A DNA stretch of 64,000 nucleotides, taken from the NCBI GenBank assembly GCA_963575745.1, contig CAUYUJ010000185.1:1-64000 (forward strand), given 5' to 3'. A program made the translations under genes and the position numbers. The stretch comes from Prorocentrum cordatum (taxonomy: Eukaryota). The notes below the pieces were generated by a model. That model did no database searches, was not told the origin of the DNA, and worked only from the letters and a program-made list of their open reading frames with translations. Positions 38,801-49,661 of the stretch are shown here, piece by piece; the stretch's first letter is position 1, and every line of letters starts with the position of its first letter.

Positions 38801-40731
38801 CAAATAACAAGATTCCCCATAGTTTCCCATATGTTCTGGGTTTTCGTCTTCCCCCCCACTTCCCATATTTCCCCTATTTGGGGGGGAATCGACGATTAAT
38901 TGTATCTGTGTGTTTCTTCCCCTCCTGAGTTAGGCCCCATCGGCGATCCATGGGCGACGGGGGGTCGATGCGCTCCCCCTGAGCCGATTCCCCCCCCCAG
39001 CGCTGCTCCTGACGACCGGACACCGCCGACCCCCCTGGGCCTCCAGCCGGGAGGACGGCCGCGCGCAGGAGTGCCCTTTGGCGCGCAGCTCGAGGGAGGG
39101 CCCAGGTGAGCGTTTTCTCATTCGGCGGTTCGGCATTGGGCTGAGGGGGGGAGGGGAAGGGGGTTCTGGCTCCAGGTCCCTGCTTAGTGCGACTGTTTGC
39201 AAGAGTGCGTCCTATGGAGGAGAGACTCCACCTGCTTGAAACAGGCGCCAGAAACAGCCAAGATCCACTCCAGGAGGGAGGAGGGGGGTCGGGGGGGGGC
39301 GAGGGCCCGCGCCGATCGGCAGAACAATGAATAAGGAAACGATCACCAGGAGGGGGGCCAAACACTTTTGCCAGCGGCGTCAGGGAGAACGACCTTAGGG
39401 GGTACCAACACCACCAAAGAACGCAGGTGCGAGCGCGACCAGTGCCCAGGCCTTGAGTGGGGTTTGGGGGGGGCACGCACACCTGTCCTGTGAGAACTGC
39501 GCGGCTGCTGGATGCCATCTTCGTTGAAGGAAGGAGCCCTGGGACACACAAATAAATAGACACAAATAACATGATTCCCCATACTTTCTCATATTTTCTG
39601 GGTTTTTGTCTTCCACCCCAATGCCCATATTTTCCCATATTTTCTGGGGAATCGACGATTAATTGTGTCTGCGTGTTTTTTCTCCTCCTGATTCGTGCGC
39701 CGCACCCAGCGGCGTGCGACGCGCGACTGTCTTCGCGGCCTCGCGCCCTCGCGCCGACCCCCCGGAGAAGGGCCACCGCTCCGGCCCAGACCGCGACGCG
39801 CGAAGCGCGCTCAGCTTTGCGCCCCCGTGAGGGGACCCGTGCCTTCGATTTCAAAGAGCCTGAGAGAGACCTGCGCGCTGTGGAAGCCGACATCGCTTTT
39901 ACGGACATCAGCGACGCGCCCAGGGGGGGAAGGCAGAGGGGGCGAGCGTCCTCCGAAGACTCTCAAGGCCTGCGCCCGGCCTGCTGCGAAGCTTGCGCAG
40001 CTTTCCCCGAAGACACAGCGAAATGGCTCAGAAGGCGCGAGGGCTTCTCGGAAGCCCCGCCGCCTTCTGAGAAGGCCTGCCCCCTCTGGCTTCCCCCTCG
40101 GCGCGCCGCCGAAGCTCTGCGTGCGTGCGTGCGTGTCGGCCGCTTGCCTTTTGAAGTCGAACTCGGCTTCCAAGACAAGAGCACGCAGGTGATGGGGAAA
40201 CCAAAAGATGGCCATACCGCCGCTCCCCCGGACCTCTCCCGAAGTGCGTTCTGACAAGAACTTCGAGGCCGGGCCTCCTGGGAGGCCCTCGCCTCGCAGG
40301 AGGCCCAGAAGAGGCGAGAGCGAGGCCAGGACAGAGCGGCATCGGAACCTCGGCTCCCTCGGCCTCCCCTGAGCGCAGGCTGACCACCCCGTCAGGATGC
40401 TGACCGAAGGAGGGAAGAGGGAGAGGCCCGAGACATCACAAGGAGGAGCAGGAGGATGAGGAGGAGGTGGAGGAGGAGGGGGAGGAGAAGGGGAGGAGGA
40501 GGAGGAGGAGGAGAAGGAGGAGGACGAGGAGGAGGAGGAGGAGGAGAATGGGAGGAGGAGGAAGAGGAGGAGGCAAGGACGAGGGCCTCCCCTGAGCCCC
40601 AGCCTCGGCTCCTGCGAGAGGTCCACCCCCCCCTAGCGGCAGCGCGGCCCCGAAGTGCCGCCCGACCCGCGGCCCCTCCCCGCCTTCTTGTGGGCGTTGC
40701 GTATCACCTCCGCGGGCAGCGCTTCGGCGTC
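13480..40731 (-). CDS. Inferred multi-micro-exon host gene of unknown function; true ends unresolved
   Basis: Phase-compatible chain of GC3-rich exons with AG acceptors and GT/GC/GA donors: 40731-40684 DAEALPAEVIRNAHKK; 35898-35866 VTATRKHVDRK; 32394-32377 ELISQK; 29384-29324 VEEVRNEKLRRIDEEGPFFR; 28145-28114 DKMPMPPLAQE; 26273-26220 DFSRGIRRGQRLGETPKE; 22653-22603 EFMSKPEFLRRENKITT; 21170-21118 EFFTSRRASLKRLLDGH; 18139-18097 RPNKGGAGPKLGDLQ; 13568-13480 AIDESGLADAGGDGASAEDGEGSSPSRSG. Confidence 0.6.
14650..15275. repeat. ggggcctcct ~10-bp minisatellite interrupted by a ~55-bp ccaggagagg.ccaatctatagg array (14745-15005)
   Basis: Direct reading of the repeated units. Confidence 0.8.
15320..15700. 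repeat. 153-bp tandem repeat, ~2.5 copies
   Basis: ttaggaacgtgaaaatgagcgcctcgctcgagacatcctcc recurs at 15354 and 15507. Confidence 0.85.
15735..15950. repeat. 17-bp minisatellite (gagtgagtctgagtgat)n
   Basis: Direct reading. Confidence 0.9.
18097..18139 (-). CDS. Micro-exon (R)PNKGGAGPKLGDLQ
   Basis: ccccag|G CCG ... CAG|gc; phase 2 start fits the preceding exon. Confidence 0.65.
21118..21170 (-). CDS. Micro-exon EFFTSRRASLKRLLDGH(R)
   Basis: gcgcag|GAG ... CAC AG|gc; 53 nt; all-GC3 codons. Confidence 0.7.
22603..22653 (-). CDS. Micro-exon EFMSKPEFLRRENKITT
   Basis: gcgcag|GAG; all-GC3 codons; GC donor (alternative end 22591). Confidence 0.7.
23270..26080. repeat. Long compound trinucleotide tract (CAT/CAG/CAC/CCT); a similar tract lies at 34790-36270
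   Basis: Direct reading; source of poly-His/Ile/Ser pseudo-ORFs. Confidence 0.95.
26220..26273 (-). CDS. Micro-exon DFSRGIRRGQRLGETPK(E)
   Basis: gcccag|GAC; all-GC3 codons; GA donor after AAG (26223) or GAG (26220). Confidence 0.6.
26560..26720. repeat. (gatcctgca)-based minisatellite
   Basis: Direct reading. Confidence 0.7.
27249..27414 (+). mobile_element. Tc1/mariner-like MITE family F, copy 1
   Basis: TA|CAGGGCAGTTTT...AAACACGGCACTG|TA; homologous to 48446-48611. Confidence 0.8.
28114..28145 (-). CDS. Micro-exon (D)KMPMPPLAQE whose acceptor is formed at a MITE terminus
   Basis: gacctaag|AC AAG ATG ... GAG|gtgcc; phase 1 start, phase 0 end. Confidence 0.55.
28147..28304 (+). mobile_element. 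MITE family A, copy 3, followed by a partial 3' copy at 28321-28432
   Basis: TIRs ttaggtcgggcatgtcccgctacagg / cctgtagaggggcacgcccgacttac; flanks atcttgtc / atctggcc (6/8). Confidence 0.8.
29324..29384 (-). CDS. Micro-exon VEEVRNEKLRRIDEEGPFFR
   Basis: cccag|GTG acceptor; near-total GC3; GA donor in phase 1, matching the next exon. Confidence 0.7.
30401..30603. mobile_element. Mutator-like MITE with long TIRs and 9-bp TSD
   Basis: TAGGGGAACGAACA...GTCCGC.CGGATTT inverted arms over 50 bp; perfect TSD ggacaagga (30392-30400 / 30604-30612). Confidence 0.85.
30620..31720 (+). mobile_element. Decayed non-LTR retrotransposon (LINE) 3' fragment with RNase H domain
   Basis: Across frameshifts and stops: RLRTCGWAMV; LGTLPTESHSRPRAELFA; VIAYSDC; NPMLDLWLRIWNLL...LI*TKTH; LNSCDDYVAGKAG. 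These are the RNase H motifs (RAEL, xSD, N-DLW, WVKxH, GNxxAD) in the correct order, followed by Cys/His-rich remnants. Confidence 0.8.
32690..33463 (+). mobile_element. Family E: ~0.75-kb interspersed element with four ~81-bp internal tandem units, embedded in (CCT)n
   Basis: Unit gatggagggcgg...tttcaaaatgtgg.tctcgccttagcgccgcgc; homologous over its full length to 44310-45104 and 54228-54935. Confidence 0.8.
34118..34289. mobile_element. TIR element family L with a CACTA-like right end; diverged copy at ~21250-21410
   Basis: ~35-bp TIR (G/C)ACTACC(T/C)ACCA.ACCACCCCAACCCAACCCGAAG. Confidence 0.7.
38767..38930 (+). repeat. Repeat family M, nested in a family G copy; copies at 39525-39691 and ~3352-3545
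   Basis: ggacacacaaataaata.acacaaataaca.gattccccata...ggggaatcgacgattaattgt. Confidence 0.75.
39106..39346 (+). mobile_element. Family H TIR element (GTGAG...TCAC), 3-bp TSD CAG; introner-like
   Basis: CAG|gtgagcgttttctcatt ... aatgaataaggaaacgatcac|CAG; homologous to 51804-52030. Confidence 0.8.
39900..40255. repeat. Repeat family I (cttctcagaag inverted-repeat rich); copy at 46920-47132
   Basis: Shared ctcagaaggcgcgagggcttct..gaagccccgccgccttct. Confidence 0.7.
40684..40731 (-). CDS. Micro-exon DAEALPAEVIRNAHKK
   Basis: Pyrimidine tract + ctgcag|GAC ... AAG|gc; 48 nt, phase 0-0. Confidence 0.6.
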
Positions 40732-41603
40732 CTGCAGGGAGAGGGGCGACGGGGAGGGGGCGGCGGGAGGAGGGCGGGGAGGAGGGAGGGGAGGAGGGAG
40801 AAGAGGAGGGGAGGGAGCAGAGGCGAGGGGGGAGCGGGAGGAGGGAGGGCAGGAGGAGAGGGAGGGGAGGAGAGGAGGAGAAGGATGGAGGGGAAGGAGG
40901 AGGGAGGAGGGCGGGGGGGCTGCGGTCCGAGCACGCAAAGCAAGATGTGCTGGAAGTCACCGTTGTGCCAACATAAGCGGATGTGAGCATACATATGCAA
41001 CAGAGGAGAGACGCGGGTAAATCATGCCCCCTCTCTTGTTTGTTCTCTCTCATCTATCTTGGAGGAGGAGGAGAGGAGCAGGAAGTGAAGAAGGAAGATG
41101 AGGAGACCGAGGAGGAGAAGTAATAATAAAAATGATAATAATAATAATAATGATAATAATAATAATAATAATAACAATAGTAATAATACTAATAATAATA
41201 ATAATCATAATAATCATAATAATAATCATAACCATGATAATAACAGTGATACGGAGACAAATCATACAAAAAGAAGAGGAGGAGGAGGAGGAGGAGGAGA
41301 TCCTGGATCGAGTTGCGAGTGTGTGACGTGCGATTTTCGCAAGAACGCGACGAAGACCCAGGTCCGCTCCGGAAAGGCCGCTCCTCGACAGAGCGGGCAG
41401 GCGTGAACCGAGACTGGAGCCCGCTCCCGAAGCAGCCTCACGCCAAGACCACCCCTCGGAGCGAACGCGGGCACCACCGCAAACGGCAGCGTGCGCACAC
41501 CACGGCACGCAGGCCGCGCGACGCGTGCACGCGCGCGCCCCCTCACCGACTCGAGCGGCCTGGGCACGCGGAGCCGCCCGCCGAATCGATGGGGCATCTC
41601 TTG

Positions 41604-41840
41604 AGCAGGGACCGACCGTGCCAGCATTCCTATGGGCCTACCACGACATGTTCTCAGAACCCAAAGATGTTAGAATAACAAAGACAAGGTTCTTAGAACA
41701 GAAGCCCGACGTGCCAAAACAGGGCAGACTCAGCCAGACACCTTGCAAGAACATGTCGTGCAGACCACCAGAGGTCCCTAGAGCACTCTGTGGTTCGGGG
41801 CCTATAGGCAAGCCAGGACGCTTCGCCACTGCTCGAATCT
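41604..41840 (+). repeat. Repeat family K; copy at 50728-50955
   Basis: Shared gcagggaccgaccgt...gcattcct...ggcctaccacgac.tgttct.agaaccc...aacatgtcgtgcagaccac. Confidence 0.75.
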
Positions 41841-42099
41841 CTGCGAGACGGCAGGCAGCACCATTGAGGAACGACGTCGGTGTGGCCGTCGGCTTCCGAC
41901 AGAACTTGGCCAAACCCTCGGCGGCCATCGCCCCCCGGCGGGCACCTGGCTGGAACGGACCGGCGGAAGGATCGCTCCTCCGAATATTGGCGAACGACTT
42001 ACCAGAGCCTCTTGTAGATAGGCGGCGTTAGGGGATGGCAGGTGGGAGAATCGTCATTGTTGTCTTCCTGCAGGTCGCTTGGGCTCCAGGCTCCAGCTC

Positions 42100-42760
42100 G
42101 CAGGGCTAGCAACAAGCCAGTCCCGACTCCCAAGGCCGAGGGAGCACACATCAGATAGATCCGCGTGGCCACAAAACCAGGATGGGCGACGCATCCAGCA
42201 CAAATATTTTCTCTGCCGGAAAAAAGAGCGGCTTGCTCCACCCGAAGCAAGCGGGGATTTGCAACCCATCACGCTGCACACATGACATCGAGGCTGGTCC
42301 AGTAAGACTTTCAGATAGCTGCTGCAATGAAGTACACGGCGTCGATGGCTGCGGTCGCAATGCAAGGCTCTCACGCCAGGTTGATGCGAACTACTCTGGG
42401 AGCGCGAACTCAGCGACCTTCCATCGACGCCCCCTGGACGGCATCTCCAACACCACCTTATCGGCCAGCACCCCCGCATAACCCACTTGTGTGCGGAGAC
42501 CCTCGGCGTTCGCCAACTCGCAGACGACAACAAAAGTCGAGGGGTGACCCTGGTCGAGCAGCGCAAGAGCGATCTTGACGCCGCTGTCGCTTGCCTTGTG
42601 AACGCACTCGGGCATCCGTGCATACTGCGACGGTCGGCCCAGATCGACCGCCCGAAGCCGATGGTGCACATTAGCTTCTGGCGGCGGTCGCAGACGATGA
42701 TCCTCTCGTCCGTCCTGAGAGCAATGAGCGCCAGCTGGCCGGTCAGAACCCTGCGGGCGC
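42100..42760 (-). mobile_element. Decayed Ty1/Copia pol fragment (end of RT plus RNase H)
   Basis: Across frameshifts: RVLTGQLALIALRT (RT C-terminus), VVVCELANAEGLRTQVGY (DAxFAN..SQxGY), PRVVRINLA*E...AID (RVVRSTLAAE), VMGCKS (TDCKS), AEKIFVLD (EKRLxID). Confidence 0.65.
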
Positions 42761-43248
42761 GGCACCGGCAGGGTCCGTCGGCGCCGCCGTGAAACGTCCC
42801 TCTGCTGCGGCACAGCTCGCGCGAGAAAGGAATGCCCCCAAGAGGGCCCCAAAAGGCCTTCAAGAGGCTCCCCCAAAAGGCCCAGAAGGAGGCTTCCGGG
42901 CCTCTTGGGGCGTCTTGGGGGGCGAGGAGGAGCAGGAGGAGGAGGAGGAGGAGGAGGAGGAGGAGGAGGAGGATGGAGGAGGATGGAGGAGGAGGAGGAG
43001 GAGGAGGAGGGGAGGAGGAGGAGGAGGGAGGAGGAGGAGGAGAGGAGGAGGAGGAGGAGGAGGAGGAGGAGGACGAGGAGACACGACACGACGCTTCCGG
43101 GCGGGTGCGACCGTCCGAGCTCGCGGCGCGCCACGGAGCCAGCGGACATACGTCTGCCGTGCGCGTGGCGTGCCCGAGGAGGGCACCAGCTGATAGACCT
43201 ACTTCCGATCCTGGCCAGGCGCAGCCTGGGCCCGGGATCGGTGTGTAC

Positions 43249-43488
43249 TTAGGTCGGGCATGTCCCCCTACAGGCGGATCTTGGACGATTTTTGTTAATA
43301 CATATATATATATATATATACACACATACATACATGTACATATAAACATATGTGTATATGTCTGTCTATATATATATGGATTCAAAACATGCTCAAACAG
43401 AATCGAAAAAACTTTAAACAAATCGTTCCCGGACTATTGTTTGGCTATTCCTGAACATTCCTCCAGCAGAGGGACAGGCCCGACTTGA
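43249..43488 (+). mobile_element. MITE family A, copy 4, with internal (TA)n/(CA)n expansion
   Basis: TIRs; flanks gtgtgtac / gtgtgtag (7/8). Confidence 0.85.
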
Positions 43489-44309
43489 GTGTGTAGGCCC
43501 TCCTGGCTGGGGCAGGAAGGTATATTGCACCGATCCCGGGCCCCAGATCGACCTGGCCAGGATCGGTGCAGGCGTAGACTCGGAGCCCTCCGACCTCTGC
43601 CACCCCCAACGCCGTCATACGTGCTGGGGAGACGAGGGTCCCCCACAACCAACACCCCCAGGGCCTCAATCTCCCACACACCGACACACACACACAACAC
43701 GCAAACGACACACACACACACACACACAACACACAACACACACACACAACACACACACATACCACAAACACACACACACACACACACCACACACACACAC
43801 ACACACACGCGCACGCGCGCACGCTTTGGACGTGTCTGGAGGTCTCTGGAGATCTCCTGACTCCCCGAAGGTCGATCGAATTCCCCAAGAGGGGACCCAA
43901 GGAGGGCACGGGATATCTGGCTGGAGGCCCACCCGACAAAAAACAGCCAATGAGAGCAGAAGAAAACGCTCTCCTGCCCTTCTCCCTCTCTCCGAAGAGA
44001 AACAGCGAGGTGGGAAACATCCGCAAGACGACTCACGCCACGATGCCTGGTGGCTTCTATAGCGGTCTTCGACCTCGCACTGTCCACAATAGCGGACAAT
44101 ATTATGTTGTACCGTTATTCGTCCGCTAGCTTGGCTCTGGGGTGCCCTTCTTGGCGTGAGGCTCGTGCTTCCAGAGGCGCACCGCTTGATAATCGCCGAC
44201 GTGCTGGTGGAGGACCTCTGCTTTCACGGCTGGGCTTCATTCACATTTGCGATACGCCAAGAAAAATCAAACTCCTTCACACCCTTCTCCTACCCCTTGC
44301 GTCCTCCTC

Positions 44310-45104
44310 CTTCTCCACTCCTTATCCTTATGAAGAACTCCTCCCTGTCGCACCCCGAGGCGTGTCGGTAGGGCGGGCTGGGCGTTTCGCCTGAGACTTC
44401 TACGCCGTGTCTGGTTCCTAAGGTGAAAAGTTGCAAAGCGTCCCGGATGGATGGCGGGCGGATTTCAAAATGATGTTCTCGCCTTAGCGCCGCGCGCATT
44501 CGTCTTAAAAGTATGCAAGAGCTTCAAGAATGGAGGGCGGGAGGGTTTCAAAATGAGGCTCTCGCCGTAAGGCCGCGCACAGTCGTCTGAAACGCATGCA
44601 AAAGCATCACGGATGGAGAGCGGGCCGCTGTCAAAATGTGACACTCGCCTGGGCGCCGCGCATATTCTTCAAAGCTTGCAAGAGCTTCACGGATGGAGGG
44701 CGGTTCCTTTCCCAAATGTGGCTCTCGCCTCAGCGCCGCGCACGTTCGTTTTAAGAGTCCACAACAGTGTCAAGGCTTCCCCTGGCCATCGCCCCAGAGA
44801 TTGCGTTCCGGCGCGATGTAAGACCGTCAGGGCGCAACAGTTACGTTGACTCCCGGTGTGGAAGACCCCGGGATGGTGTTGTGGCACGATGCAGGGTCGC
44901 CAAGACGCAGCAGTCACGGAGACTCGCCGCGTGGAAGTCCCAGGAATGGTGTTCTGGCACAGTTCGTGGTTTTCAAACGGTGGTCTTCCAACGGGGCACT
45001 TCCCTCAGTGAAAACGGTGCATCCGCGCAGGGGCCTGCGGAGAGGCAACTTGGAGGGAGGGTGTATTGCAATATCGTAAATGAATATTGGGTTTACACTG
45101 GTCA
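44310..45104 (+). mobile_element. Family E copy
   Basis: Same 5' motif (ctgtcgcaccccgagg), 80-83-bp units and 3' end (tacactggtc) running into a CT-rich tract. Confidence 0.8.
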
Positions 45105-45323
45105 TCCTCTTCCTCCTCCTCCTCCTCCTCTACCTCCCGCCCTACCTGATGTCCTCCTTCTCTCCCTCTTTCCCGTCCTCCCTCCCTCCCTCACTGCCCC
45201 CTCCTCTACATTATCCGTCCCTTCCTGCCCATGTTCTTCCTCAGTTTCCTTCCTGCCTACGTGTCCTCTCTTCGTGCCTCCTCCTCCTCCTCCTCCTCCT
45301 CCTCCTCCTCCTCCTCCTCCTCC

Positions 45324-45422
<99 letters not shown>

Positions 45423-45518
45423 CATCATCATCATCATGATCATCATCATCATCACCATCATCACCATCACCATCACCATCATCATCAGCATCATCATCAT
45501 CATCATCCTCATCATCAT

Positions 45519-45559
<41 letters not shown>

Positions 45560-45560
45560 G

Positions 45561-45613
<53 letters not shown>

Positions 45614-46109
45614 GCATCATCATCATCATCATCATCATCCCAGTGTTCCGCATATTTCTCCGCCTTATCCTCTCCTCCTCCTCCTCCTCCTCCTCCTCCT
45701 CCTCCTCGTCCTCCCCGTCCTCCCCGTCCTCTACTCTCAAAAATCGACCCCCCGACCTCTAAAGGGGTTTGTTCTGGCAAGAATCTCCAGACGAAACAAG
45801 CCGTGGCCACGGGGGGTGGCCCCAGGTGGTCTCAGAAAGAAAAAAAAAAAAAAAAAAACGAAAGACCTCGACCGTAGAGCATCGAACCCCGACCGCTCTT
45901 CGCCCACTTCCCCCTCCTGAGCGAAGAATATGGAGGAACAAAAAAAAATGGCATACGTGGACATAAACGTCTGACGGTCCGCGCGGACTCCTTGGATCCG
46001 CGCTGGGACCCCCCTCCCTGGCGCAGGGGTCCCAGAAAGGATCCAAGGAACCCGCGCGGAGCGCCAAGTGTTTAACTAACATGGCATTTTTGTGCTTTCG
46101 AGAAGAAGA

Positions 46110-46891
46110 CCCAGACATGCGACGTCCTGACTTTTTCAGGACGGGGTCCCTGGAAGTCCCGACCCGTCCCCGGGACCGGTTTCTGCGTCGTTTGTTGACG
46201 GTCCCGAGGCCCGGCGAGGGACCCCCGAGGCCGAAAATGGCCAAAAGCCTCCCGTCCTGATTTTCTTCAACAGCGCGAGCTTGTCTGGGGAAGCAGGACC
46301 CTCGGGGGCGCGCAAACATGGATTAGCGATCCATGGATTTGGCGCGCGGTCGCCAAATCCATGGATCGGGGGAGGTGCCCTCCCCAGAATGCGGCCGGTG
46401 CTGCCCCGCTCGGCGCCGGAACTCTGCGCTTCCCCGTGGAAACGGGACCCGTCGCTAATCCACGCCCCCTTGATCCATGTTTGCGATCGCCTGAGACCCG
46501 CAGAGGCCGAAGCCTTCGGAGGTCCCGCGCGGCTTCCGTGGGCCGTGGGGCTCGCACGTGGCCCCCCAGGCTGCACACCCCGCCCCGTGGGGCACGCAGA
46601 GAGCGCCTCTCCGGGCACCGAGGGCGCCTTAGGCGCGGCGCCGCCGGGGGGGGCGCGCGGCGCCGCTCGCCAGGGGCCCGCGGGGCACCTCGGACGGCTG
46701 CGCCGTCGGACCTATAGGACAGAGGGGCCTCCCTCCCAAACATGCTCGCGTCGCGACAAAAAAATCAGGAGGGGAGGTCGCGGGGCCTCGGGAGCGTCAA
46801 CAAACGACGCAGGATGAAAAACCGGTCCCGGGGAACGGGTCGGGACTTCCAGGGACCCCGTATTGAAAAATTCAAGACGTCGCATGTCTGG
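46110..46891. mobile_element. Element with ~170-bp terminal inverted arms and a nested family B copy
   Basis: 46110-46290 is the imperfect reverse complement of 46735-46891 (ccagacatgcgacgtc...gtccctggaagtcccgacccgt...gcgtcgtttgttgacg). Confidence 0.7.
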
Positions 46892-48196
46892 GGTTGCACC
46901 GTCGGACCTGAGACAGACGCACATCCTTCAATTCGCGGCGAGCGAGGGGGGAAGCGAAAAGGGGCGGGCCTTCTCAGAAGGCTCGGAGGTCCACTGGCCT
47001 TCTGAGGAGTTGTTTCTGGGCCTTCCCCGAAAACCGAAAAAACTTCTCAGAAGGCGCGAGGGCTTCTGAGAAGCCCCGCCGCCTTCTAAGAGGGCCGTCT
47101 CTTCTCATTTCCTCCCCTCGCTCGCGGCCGATTCAAGAACATGATACCCTCCGCTGGCCAAAACACCCCCAAACCATAAGATCACCGAGGGTACCCCTCC
47201 CCAGGATGCATAAGAACAGACGACAAACACAAAGAACAATACGGTGCCCTCCCCGAGCCGACCTCGATCTTATACTTCGGTCCGACCGTACGGCACGTTC
47301 GTGTCGTGACGACCCCAGCGTTGGGTCCTGACACCGCGGGGATCGTTCAACCTTGAACGATCGGCCGTTCCCGCAACGTCGGATCGTGCAACGTCGACCG
47401 ATTCTGGGTCGCCAGCAGCGCTCAACGTGGAACGCCGGCAGCGGGGTCGCCGCCGGTCGAACCGACGCGAACCTGCCGTACAGTGATTTGGCGTCCCGAA
47501 ACGGTGCGGTGACAGCCCGTGCGGTGACCTCGAAATCCCCCAAGACCTCACCGCTCGGTCCGTCAACGCACGGTTTTGGGACCTCGGATGCCCCAGCCGC
47601 CCGAGGCGTCCTCGGAGAACGACCCGAGCCCCAAAACCGTGCGGTGACCCCGAGTGGCCCACCGACTCGCCACACGGTGTGGTCGCCGCCCCGTTTGGGG
47701 GCCCCCGAAGTCAGGAGGCCGAACTCGGGGCCGCTCTGGGCTCCGGAGGGGCTCCGTGAACCCGTCTGCGGCCCAGGCACGCCCCGCAGCCAGGAAGGAC
47801 CCATCGTTCCTGAGCATGCGTTCCCTCGCCATCGCTCGGACGTCCATTCCCTGTGTTTTTCTCGGTTTCGCGCGTGGTTTTCGCCAAATGATCAAGGATG
47901 CTCCTCGATGGTCCTCGCCGAGGGAAAAACGCACACGTCCGAGCGATGCCAGGTCCCCGTGCTGGCGCGGTGGCCGTGTGCCGCACGTGCAGTGCTCTTT
48001 TTCTTTCTCCGGGCGCAGCGGCCGCCGCCTCCGTGGTGCGCGGAGGCGCTTCGTAGATGCCCGAGCATCATTGTGCCCAGAGCGCGCAACCCCCTCCTGC
48101 GGGCCGGACGAGGGGGGCTCGCAGGGGAGGGGGGGGGAAGGTAGCGAATCAGCTCACGCAAGCAACCGGTTCTCCTGGCACGTCCTGGCCCTACAG

Positions 48197-48359
48197 CTAG
48201 GTCGGGCACGTCCCGCTACAGGCGAATCTGGGACGAAAAATAAGGAATACCCAAACACGTGCTCAAACATACTCAGAAAAGTCAAAGAAAATCGGCCCCG
48301 CAAAATGTTTTCCTACTATTTGGAAGTTTTCCTCCTGTAGATGGACGTGCCCGACTGAA
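48197..48359 (+). mobile_element. MITE family A, copy 5
   Basis: TIRs and interior similar to copy 3; TSD not recognisable. Confidence 0.75.
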
Positions 48360-48445
48360 TCCGAGTCGTAGCTTGGCGGCCCAGGGCCCAGCCGGGGGGC
48401 CCCAGAGGCCGAGACTGGTGGCACAGCCTCCGCCCTGGGCTCGCA

Positions 48446-48611
48446 CAGGGCAGTTTTTAACACATAGGATGTTATAAAATATGGGATGCTTTTTTATACA
48501 CGGTTTGTTTATGAATACATGTATGCATGAACTCATCGTTGTTTTTAATGCTAAATCCCTGCATTTTTTATACACGATCCGCACGCGGAGCATGTATTAA
48601 AAACGGCACTG
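48446..48611 (+). mobile_element. Tc1/mariner-like MITE family F, copy 2
   Basis: Same 166-bp length and interior as 27249-27414; flanks CA / TA. Confidence 0.8.
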
Positions 48612-48834
48612 TAGTCCCCCCCCCCCATGCGCTGTCCAAGACACGTCCCACGCCCTTTGATCTCTTTCACCACGTGGCCTCCCCGAGGTCTGGACCCCCT
48701 CCTCGGGGCCCGTGACGATTCCTCCCGGGCTGCTGTTCTGCGGCCCCCAGGGCCCAGGGAGGGCCGCGGGAGGCCGAAAAGACTACCAAACCGCTCACGC
48801 CGTCATTCGTTCACGACGCGGGGATGCCCAGGGT

Positions 48835-48987
48835 TTAAGTGGGTGTCCCTCTACAAGAGGAATATTCAAAAATGCTCTGGGCACGAGGTTTGTCTTACTT
48901 TTGAAGAAAAAACCTAGTTTGACTATGGTTTGATGTTTGTCTATCTGTCGTCCAAAATCCGCCCGTAAGAGAAAATGCCCGACCTAA
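48835..48987 (-). mobile_element. MITE family A, copy 6 (opposite orientation)
   Basis: gtccaaaatccgcccgtaagagaaaatgcccgacctaa is the reverse complement of the family 5' end. Confidence 0.7.
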
Positions 48988-49339
48988 CCTGGGCCCCCTG
49001 CGGTTGAGAGCTCTTGCTTATGGTTGTGGATGCCACGACAATGGACACCCTAACAGTCCTACCATCGAATTAAGAATGTGTATAAGATGTCCGAAGAATG
49101 TTCTGGAAACGTTAAAATCATGTTTTGTACATGTTTAAGCAGTCTTGACGCATGTTCTAGACATCTGGAAATGATTTGGCAACGCGCTTCCTCTCCATTG
49201 ATCGTCCTCCACAAGCTCGTGGCGTGCTGCGGCGGCGGCCCCGGCGACACGCTGTGCCATGCGAGCGGCCCGCGTGCCGCTCCGCTCCCCGGGGGGGGGG
49301 GGGGCAGGAGGCGTGGGATACCTCGGGACGCTGATGCCT

Positions 49340-49562
49340 ACGTAGGAATCCCGAGGAGCCCCTAAGAATCCCCAAGAATCCCTAGGAATCCCGAGGGATC
49401 CCTAAGGATATCTCTAGGAATCCATAGGGATCCCTGGGAATCCCTGGGAATCCATAGGAATCCTTAGGAACCCCTAGAATCCCCAGGGAATCCAACCCAT
49501 AGAAATCCCTAGGAATCCTTAGGAATCCCTCGGGCATGCATAGGAACCCTAGGAATCCCTGG
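49340..49562. repeat. (aggaatccct)n ~10-bp minisatellite
   Basis: Direct reading. Confidence 0.85.
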
Positions 49563-49661
49563 GGACTGTGGCGTGAGCGGCGTGCCGCGCCGAAGCGTGG
49601 TGGGCCAGAACCGGCGGGCGCCATACGCTCAACCAACAATCCTCCCCGCGTGTCCCCAGAC

